A stretch of 64,000 bases of DNA from an uncultured virus (IMG/VR IMGVR_UViG_3300018041_000003) (lineage: Duplodnaviria > Heunggongvirae > Uroviricota > Caudoviricetes). The notes under the pieces are model-generated. The model was not told the origin of the DNA. It ran no database searches and was given only the letters and a program-made list of their open reading frames with translations. The stretch lies in IMG/VR virus record IMGVR_UViG_3300018041_000003; one strand, written 5' to 3'. Both the position numbers and the translations under genes were made by a program. Positions 57,544-64,000 of this stretch are shown piece by piece; position 1 is the first letter of the stretch, and the number at the start of each line of letters is the position of its first letter.

Positions 57544-59136
57544 ATGGCAAACAAAAGTTTAGACGGTGTACTAACTAAGAAAGCACACCAAAAAGAAAAG
57601 TTTACACAAGTACAGATTGAGGATTTGGCTAACTGTATGGATCCTGAATCGGGGTATCTATATTTTGCTAGGAAGTTCTTCTATATTCAACATCCTGTAA
57701 AAGGTAAAGTGTTGTTTGAACCTTATGATTATCAAACACGACTACTTTCAAGTTATCACGATCATCGATTTAATATTAATATGTTACCTAGACAGAGCGG
57801 AAAGACTACTACTGCCGCAGGATATCTATTATGGTATGCAATGTTTCATCCAGACCAAACAATTCTAATTGCCGCTCACAAATATACAGGTGCCCAAGAA
57901 ATTATGCAACGTATTAGATACGGATATGAACTGTGTCCTGATCACATACGTGCTGGAGTTGTTAACTATAATAAAGGGTCAATGGAATTTGAAAATGGAT
58001 CACGTATTGTAGCACAAACAACCACAGGCAACACAGGACGTGGTATGAGTATCTCATTACTATACTGTGACGAGTTTGCGTTTGTGCAACCTAACATTGC
58101 TACAGACTTTTGGACTTCGATATCACCTACACTAGCAACTGGTGGTCGTGCTATTATTACAAGCACACCAAACTCAGACGAAGATACATTTGCTATTATT
58201 TGGAAAGAATCTCAAAACAAATTTGATGAACACGGCAACGAACAACAAGTAGGTATTAATGGTTTCCATGGGTTTACTGCATCCTGGGACGAACATCCTG
58301 ATCGAGATGATGAATGGAAGAAAACTGAATTAGGACGTATCGGAGAAGAAAGATTCCGTCGTGAGTATGGTTGTGAATTCTTAGTATTTGATGAAACACT
58401 AATTAATTCAATTAAACTTGCGTCAATGGAAGGTAACGATCCAATTGAGAATATGGGCCAAATACGTTGGTATAAAAAATTAGATCCAACACAAACTTAC
58501 ACAATTAGTTTAGATCCTGCTATGGGCACAGGCGGTGATTACTCTGCTATCCAAGTGTTTGAAGTTCCTTCATACAAACAAGTTGCAGAATGGAGACACA
58601 ACACAACTCCTATTACTGGGCAAGTTAGAATACTAAAAGAAATTTGTGACTATATTAAAGAAACAACTAGGAATAATACTGCTAGTAACATTTATTGGAG
58701 TATAGAAAATAACACAATTGGAGAAGCGGCTTTAATTGTTGTTCAGGATATTGGCGAAGAAAATATACCAGGGCTATTTGTAAGTGAACCTATGCGTAAA
58801 GGACACGTTAGAAAATTCCGTAAAGGATTTAATACTACCCATGCTACTAAAATTAGTGCTTGTGCTAAATTAAAGAGTATGGTAGAATCAGATCTTATGA
58901 CGATTAACAGTAAAGCATTAATATCAGAACTTAAAGGATTTGTAGCAAGTGGAACAAGTTTTAAAGCAAAGCCGGGTGAAACTGACGATTTAATCAGTGC
59001 AACACTACTGGCATTAAGAATGATGAAAGTTTTAAAGGACTGGGATCCTAGAGTGTACAATACATTTAAGCAAGATCACGTAGATGGAGAGGATTATGAG
59101 CCGCCGATGCCAATTTTTGTATCTTCCGGCTTCTAG
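57544..59136 (+). CDS. terL: Terminase large subunit (T4 gp17-like)
   Basis: YDYQ, Walker A PRQSGKTT, RGMSISLLYCDEFAFV (Walker B), ITSTPN, FRREYGCEF, nuclease LDPAMGTGGDYS, ENN, DDL. Confidence 0.95.
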   Translation: MANKSLDGVLTKKAHQKEKFTQVQIEDLANCMDPESGYLYFARKFFYIQHPVKGKVLFEPYDYQTRLLSSYHDHRFNINMLPRQSGKTTTAAGYLLWYAMFHPDQTILIAAHKYTGAQEIMQRIRYGYELCPDHIRAGVVNYNKGSMEFENGSRIVAQTTTGNTGRGMSISLLYCDEFAFVQPNIATDFWTSISPTLATGGRAIITSTPNSDEDTFAIIWKESQNKFDEHGNEQQVGINGFHGFTASWDEHPDRDDEWKKTELGRIGEERFRREYGCEFLVFDETLINSIKLASMEGNDPIENMGQIRWYKKLDPTQTYTISLDPAMGTGGDYSAIQVFEVPSYKQVAEWRHNTTPITGQVRILKEICDYIKETTRNNTASNIYWSIENNTIGEAALIVVQDIGEENIPGLFVSEPMRKGHVRKFRKGFNTTHATKISACAKLKSMVESDLMTINSKALISELKGFVASGTSFKAKPGETDDLISATLLALRMMKVLKDWDPRVYNTFKQDHVDGEDYEPPMPIFVSSGF

Positions 59137-59148
59137 ATAAATACTAAT

Positions 59149-61920
59149 ATGTTAAACTTAGACAAAATTGCAGAAGAACTTTTTAATAAGATTAGAGGTC
59201 GTTATCCTAAAGTAACACTAGGAGACGAAAACTCTCTTATTACAAATGTGCCAAATAAAGCACGATTTTTTGATTTTGAGTTTAGTAAAGGAAATAAAGT
59301 AAATATTACTGTTGACGAAAAATCAGTAACTGTACTATATAATAACAAATTACTATCAGATGACAGCAAAATTCAAAAAGAAGACTGGTATGGTTTTATG
59401 AAAGAATTAAGAGTTTTTGCTAAAAAGCGTATGCTTAATTTTGATACTCGAGATATTACTAAAACAAACTTAGATAAAAGAGATTATCAGTACATAGCAA
59501 CAAATAGACCCGGAGAAGAAAAAATGAGTGAAAGTAAGATGTATGGAACTAGTAGAACTAGTTTCCAAGATTTAGGAAATGCTAGACTTGTAGTCAAGCA
59601 TAGAAATGCAGTTGATCAAGAAAATCCTGCAGGACGTACACAACAAATTGATAGCATTTATATTGAAAGCAGTGAGGGTGAAAGATTTAAATATCCTTAC
59701 AGACATCTCAACGGTGCAAGAGCAATGGCTATGCACGTTTCAGAAGGTGGCAATGCATATGACACATTTGGTAAGCACATCGTATCACTCAGCGAAGAAC
59801 TTAGCAAACTACGTCAATTCAAAACTTATATGAATCGTTCAAGTGTAATGGCTGAGGGTCTTGCTGGTTACATGGACATTGTTAATGAAAGAATTGACAC
59901 TGTTAAAGAAACAGTTTTTAAATTACAAAGACAAAATTATTACAAAGAAGCATTTGAATCATTTGAAGAAACAGTAATGGAAGAAGTACCAACTGACGTA
60001 AGTTCAAACTGGATTGATGAATTAACTATTCGTCAATTTAATGAAGAACTAAAAAGTGTATTCCCTTACATTTATAATCTTGTTAAAGAAAATACAAAAC
60101 CTACACAGATTGGTCCGGAAGATTTGTTAGGCGAAGAAAAATTAGATTTTAGTGACAAGAATAAAGAACTATCTATGTGGCTGGCAAAGTATGACGAATA
60201 CACCGGCGGCAATGGTGATGGATTACCTATGGGCTGGATCAAAGCCATGACATCAACTGGGATTGTAAGTGATGGATATGAGCAAGACGAACTTATAGCA
60301 TTTGAAAAGAAAATTGGCAAAGAAGAATCCGAGTGGGAAGATGCAGAATGGGATGAATTTAGAAAGCCTGAAAATTCTCCAATCACTTCAAAAATGTTTG
60401 CAGACTTAGCAAAGATTATCGGCACAGACGATCATGATGAAGATGTTGCTCGTGCTGTCAGCGATGCATTAAGTATCGGCGAAGGTGAAACAAATAAAGC
60501 AGACAGCATGAACATGGAAGAAGCAGATGATGGTAAGAAAGAACAACTCCAGGCATGGTATGAAAAGTATAACCAATATGACCCTGCAGACATCGGTAGT
60601 TTAGCAGACGGTATGTTTAAGTTCTTTCAAGATTCGGGTGTGGATTTAGACACAGTCGAAAAAAGTGAATACGATGCACTCGTAGCAAAACACGGCGAAG
60701 ACAAAATAGAAGGTAATGCCTTGAGATTTTTAAGTGATGAGGATACACCTATCACTAAAGCAATGTTCGACGAGTTTGAAAGAATAATGGGCGAACCTGC
60801 AGATGAAGAAAGTTCAGAAAAAGCGGTATCATTGCTGGGACTGGATGAAGGTATGAACATGGAAGATGCATATGCTTCACACTTAGACAATATAGTTGCT
60901 ACATCAAAACACGAGCAAGGTCCAGAACAAAACGAAGGCTCAGTACCTAACTACCTTGACAGCGAATGGAAAGATAAGTTAGCGGCTTGTGCTAAAGGTG
61001 AAGAAGGCGGTGAAGACGCAGTGTGCGATATGCTGGATAAGTTTGATATTCCAAAAGACAAAGCCGGCGATTTAATTCAAAAACAAATTGACAAAAAGTT
61101 TAAAGGCATTGGAGTAATGTTTAAAAATCCATTGAAAGCGGATCCTGAATGGGACAACCTACAAAAATTAGTTGATCGCTTAAAAGGCAAAAGTATGGGC
61201 GAAGGCAACGAATTTGCACAAAAGGTACAAGCACTAAAAGCCAAAGGTGCTAAGCCAGGAACTAAATTCAAAACATCAGACGGTGAAGAACATACACTCG
61301 AAGATGCTATTAGATTAGCAGGACTACAAGTTGAAGACTTTTGGACTGCTGAAGAATTAGTATCTGAAAGCGAACTTCCAAAAAGTCCCAAAGTATTAAA
61401 ACTTGTTATTGATGATTTGAAAAAATTTAAAGCGGAACAAGAAGAAGCAAAAAAACAAGGCTATGACGAAGATGTAAGAATGATGCAAGGTCGAATTGAC
61501 GATATGATGGACATTGCAAATCTTATAAAGGATGGTGGTCCTATAGCCGCTTTGGATACATCAGTACAGGACCTTATTGTAGATTACTACGAAAAAGCAG
61601 GTGAGCCGTTACCATTTGCAAAAGAAGCAGATGATGACACTATGGATATCAAAATTGACAAAGACGGTGCGTTATCAAAAGCAGATGCTCCAGACAAGTT
61701 ACACGATAAAGAAGAATTACCTTTAGATGAGTTTATCAAAGGACACTTTGATTACACTTCTAATCAATTCCCTAAAGGTGAAACTGCGGTCATGACAGCA
61801 GTTGAAAAGAAGTATGGTGACGAAGCAATAAAAGATGCTATGAACATCATGAAGGAATTGGTTACAAATCAAGATGAAGAGATGGCAAGAATTAAGACTT
61901 TAGCGGGTTTGGCTCACTAA
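59149..61920 (+). CDS. Large acidic modular protein, putative protease-processed internal head protein
   Basis: 923 aa; late promoter; two internal paralogous modules of about 115 aa; frequent (L/I/M)xE junctions; LAGL motif twice. Confidence 0.55.
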   Translation: MLNLDKIAEELFNKIRGRYPKVTLGDENSLITNVPNKARFFDFEFSKGNKVNITVDEKSVTVLYNNKLLSDDSKIQKEDWYGFMKELRVFAKKRMLNFDTRDITKTNLDKRDYQYIATNRPGEEKMSESKMYGTSRTSFQDLGNARLVVKHRNAVDQENPAGRTQQIDSIYIESSEGERFKYPYRHLNGARAMAMHVSEGGNAYDTFGKHIVSLSEELSKLRQFKTYMNRSSVMAEGLAGYMDIVNERIDTVKETVFKLQRQNYYKEAFESFEETVMEEVPTDVSSNWIDELTIRQFNEELKSVFPYIYNLVKENTKPTQIGPEDLLGEEKLDFSDKNKELSMWLAKYDEYTGGNGDGLPMGWIKAMTSTGIVSDGYEQDELIAFEKKIGKEESEWEDAEWDEFRKPENSPITSKMFADLAKIIGTDDHDEDVARAVSDALSIGEGETNKADSMNMEEADDGKKEQLQAWYEKYNQYDPADIGSLADGMFKFFQDSGVDLDTVEKSEYDALVAKHGEDKIEGNALRFLSDEDTPITKAMFDEFERIMGEPADEESSEKAVSLLGLDEGMNMEDAYASHLDNIVATSKHEQGPEQNEGSVPNYLDSEWKDKLAACAKGEEGGEDAVCDMLDKFDIPKDKAGDLIQKQIDKKFKGIGVMFKNPLKADPEWDNLQKLVDRLKGKSMGEGNEFAQKVQALKAKGAKPGTKFKTSDGEEHTLEDAIRLAGLQVEDFWTAEELVSESELPKSPKVLKLVIDDLKKFKAEQEEAKKQGYDEDVRMMQGRIDDMMDIANLIKDGGPIAALDTSVQDLIVDYYEKAGEPLPFAKEADDDTMDIKIDKDGALSKADAPDKLHDKEELPLDEFIKGHFDYTSNQFPKGETAVMTAVEKKYGDEAIKDAMNIMKELVTNQDEEMARIKTLAGLAH
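60508..60870 (+). repeat. 18 bp direct repeat (17/18 identical) 345 bp apart
   Basis: ATGAACATGGAAGAAGCA (60508-60525) and ATGAACATGGAAGATGCA (60853-60870). Confidence 0.85.
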
Positions 61921-61929
61921 GTCACTTTT

Positions 61930-61973
61930 TTGACAAAGTTTCACTTGACTTTATAAGTAAGTTTGTGTATTAT
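61930..61973 (+). promoter_or_regulatory. Sigma70-type promoter(s) for the ssb-uvsX replication module
   Basis: TTGACT(61945)-N17-TATTAT(61968); a second TTGACA(61930)-N16-TATAAG overlaps. Confidence 0.7.
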
Positions 61974-62042
61974 AGTAAATGTACTGCACAATCTAGGCAA
62001 TACAATAACAGCCAAAGGCAAATAACATAGGAGGCTTTAATT

Positions 62043-63032
62043 ATGGCAACACTAGCAGAAATTCGTGCTAAACTAAAAGAACAAGAATCACGCACAGGTG
62101 GTTCTAATCAATCAACAAGCGGCGACAACGCCATTTACCCATTTTGGAACTTAAAGGAAGGCGAGCAGTCAACTGTACGTTTCTTACCTGATGGTGACGA
62201 AAATAACACTTTCTTTTGGAAAGAGCGTTTGATGATCAAACTACCTTTCGCAGGTGTTAAGGGTGAAACAGACTCACGTCCAGTTCAAGTACAAGTACCA
62301 TGTATGGAAATGTATGGTGAATCTTGTCCAATCCTAAGCGAAGTTCGCGGATGGTTTAAAGATCCAACTCTAGAAGATATGGGTCGTAAGTATTGGAAAA
62401 AGCGTTCATACGTATTCCAAGGTTTTGTAACTGAGAACGGTCTTAATGAAGACAAAACTCCAGAAAATCCAATCAGACGTTTTATTATTGGTCCACAAAT
62501 TTTCCAAATCATTAAGGGTGCATTAATGGATCCTGAAATGGAAGAACTACCAACTGATTATACAGCAGGAGTAGACTTTAGACTTATTAAAACTTCTAAA
62601 GGCGGCTATGCTGATTACTCAACATCACAATGGTCACGTAGAGAGCGTCCATTAACTGATGCAGAGATGCAAGCAGTTAACACAAATGGATTGTTTAACA
62701 TGAGCGACTTTTTACCTAAGAAACCAGGTGAAGTAGAAGTTAAAGTAATGCAAGAAATGTTCCAAGCATCAGTTGACGGTGAAGCATATGATCCGGAACG
62801 TTGGGGACAGTACTTCCGTCCAGCAGGGATGGCGGCACGTACAGGTGATCCGAATACTCAATCATCTGCTCCGACTACACCAGTATCGACAGCACCAGAG
62901 GCTACAACTACACCAGTAGTAGAAGCACCTGCGGCGCCAGCACCAGAAGTAGCACCGGTGTCGGCACCAGCAAGCGATAATGGTAAAGCCGAAGATATCT
63001 TGGCAATGATCCGTTCACGTCAAGCACAGTAA
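62043..63032 (+). CDS. Single-stranded DNA-binding protein (T4 gp32-like)
   Basis: VRFLPD, C.E.YGE.CP, YWKKRSY, G.DF.L.K...GGYADY..S; Pro/Ala-rich linker; AGGAGG RBS. Confidence 0.88.
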   Translation: MATLAEIRAKLKEQESRTGGSNQSTSGDNAIYPFWNLKEGEQSTVRFLPDGDENNTFFWKERLMIKLPFAGVKGETDSRPVQVQVPCMEMYGESCPILSEVRGWFKDPTLEDMGRKYWKKRSYVFQGFVTENGLNEDKTPENPIRRFIIGPQIFQIIKGALMDPEMEELPTDYTAGVDFRLIKTSKGGYADYSTSQWSRRERPLTDAEMQAVNTNGLFNMSDFLPKKPGEVEVKVMQEMFQASVDGEAYDPERWGQYFRPAGMAARTGDPNTQSSAPTTPVSTAPEATTTPVVEAPAAPAPEVAPVSAPASDNGKAEDILAMIRSRQAQ

Positions 63033-63040
63033 TAATAATT

Positions 63041-63066
63041 AAAGGGTGGCTTCGGTCACCCTTTTT
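63041..63066 (+). terminator. Intrinsic terminator with C(UUCG)G tetraloop
   Basis: AAAGGGTGGC-TTCG-GTCACCCTTT-TT. Confidence 0.9.
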
Positions 63067-63083
63067 ATGCTAAAGGAGAAACC

Positions 63084-64000
63084 ATGGCTAGTAAAGCATT
63101 TGACGTTTCTAAGTTTCGTAAAAACTTAACTAAATCTATTTCAGGCATGAGTGCAGGATTTAACGATCCTACTGATTGGATTAGTACAGGTAACTATGCA
63201 CTCAACTTCCTTATCTCAGGAGACTTTAACAAAGGTGTTCCACTAGGTAAGGTAACTGTTTTTGCAGGAGAATCTGGTGCAGGTAAATCATATATCTGTG
63301 CAGGTAACATTGTAAAGGCGGCACAAGATCAAGGCATCTTTGTAGTTCTAATTGACTCAGAGAACGCACTTGATGAAACATGGCTACAGGCTCTTGAAGT
63401 TGACACAAGTGAAGAAAAACTTCTTAAACTTAATATGTCAATGATTGATGATGTAGCAAAAACAATTTCAACATTTATGGCAGACTATAAAGAAATGCCG
63501 GATGAAGAACGTCCTAAAGTATTATTTGTTATTGATAGTTTAGGTATGTTGCTAACACCTACTGATGTTGATCAGTTTAACAAGGGTGATATGAAAGGTG
63601 ATATGGGTCGTAAGCCTAAGGCATTGACTTCACTTGTTCGTAACACAGTTAATATGATTGGCTCACACAATGTTGGCTTGGTATGTACTAACCATACATA
63701 CGCATCGCAAGATATGTTCGATCCAGATGATAAGATTTCAGGTGGACAAGGATTTATCTATGCATCTTCAATTGTTGTAGCAATGAAAAAACTAAAACTA
63801 AAAGAAGATGAAGATGGTAATAAAATTAGCGAAGTGCGTGGAATTAGAGCAGGTTGTAAAGTAATGAAAACACGTTACGCAAAACCGTTCGAAGGCGTAC
63901 AAGTTAAAATTCCATACGAAACTGGTATGAATCCTTACAGTGGACTTGTTGATCTTTTTGAGAAAAAAGGTATGCTTGTTAAAGATGGTAACAGACTTAA
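63084..64000 (+). CDS. uvsX: RecA-like recombinase (UvsX), truncated by the window end
   Basis: AAGGAG RBS; translation MASKAFDVSKFRK...ISTGNYALN...AGESGAGKS (Walker A)...LIDSENAL...VIDSLG...TNHTY...SGG.G..YASS...KTRYAKPF; absent from the ORF track because it has no stop in the window. Confidence 0.93.
   Translation, partial: MASKAFDVSKFRKNLTKSISGMSAGFNDPTDWISTGNYALNFLISGDFNKGVPLGKVTVFAGESGAGKSYICAGNIVKAAQDQGIFVVLIDSENALDETWLQALEVDTSEEKLLKLNMSMIDDVAKTISTFMADYKEMPDEERPKVLFVIDSLGMLLTPTDVDQFNKGDMKGDMGRKPKALTSLVRNTVNMIGSHNVGLVCTNHTYASQDMFDPDDKISGGQGFIYASSIVVAMKKLKLKEDEDGNKISEVRGIRAGCKVMKTRYAKPFEGVQVKIPYETGMNPYSGLVDLFEKKGMLVKDGNRL

Noticed and set aside
57544..59136. Intein or intron in terL
   Set aside because: The 530 aa ORF has continuous ATPase and nuclease motifs and no splice-junction signatures.
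651..63408. Numerous 60-126 aa antisense or alternate-frame ORFs nested in long genes (e.g. 3741-4025, 17286-17666, 50583-50927, 60072-60425, 63226-63408)
   Set aside because: Shadow ORFs expected from the codon bias of the real genes; no RBS, promoter or recognisable motifs.
1..64000. Stop-codon reassignment, tRNAs, CRISPR arrays
   Set aside because: Long genes are intact in code 11 and TAA, TAG and TGA all end genes at sensible boundaries; no intergenic room or pattern for a cloverleaf or repeat-spacer array was seen.

Overview
A gene-dense, AT-rich 64 kb segment of a large T4-related contractile-tailed phage (myovirus), read in standard genetic code 11 and probably from an aquatic environment. 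No host chromosomal DNA, tRNA, CRISPR array or integrase was recognised. Layout: (i) 1-27.5 kb, a tail-fibre/baseplate-appendage module built largely of paralogous pairs and trios, including giant proteins of 954, 1240, 2076 and 1694 aa, small adaptor-like proteins, and three Gly/Cys-rich tip-like proteins with two tail-assembly-chaperone-like partners. (ii) 27.6-33 kb, an enzyme cassette (nitrilase-family hydrolase, GT9-like glycosyltransferase, two SGNH-like proteins, NodU/CmcH carbamoyltransferase). (iii) 33-41.3 kb, further structural genes including a 2223 aa protein and an unlisted 41 aa membrane ORF. (iv) 41.3-47.5 kb on the minus strand, neck/tail-completion genes followed by NUDIX-hldE-hldD-hypothetical-cupin (ADP-heptose synthesis). 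(v) 47.6-64 kb, gp13-like neck, dNMP kinase, HNH-like protein, sheath, tube, gp4-like, terminase subunits, putative internal head proteins, gp32 SSB and UvsX. A T4-type late promoter (NTAAATA) precedes about 21 genes. The most interesting leads are phycobiliprotein-like CxRD helical domains and cupredoxin-like domains in virion proteins, a late-expressed heptose/carbamoyl decoration system beside Cys-rich tip proteins, a pseudoknotted GGA-rich leader RNA, leaderless late mRNAs, and a modular protease-site-delimited internal protein. All family assignments were made by eye from motifs; no searches were run.
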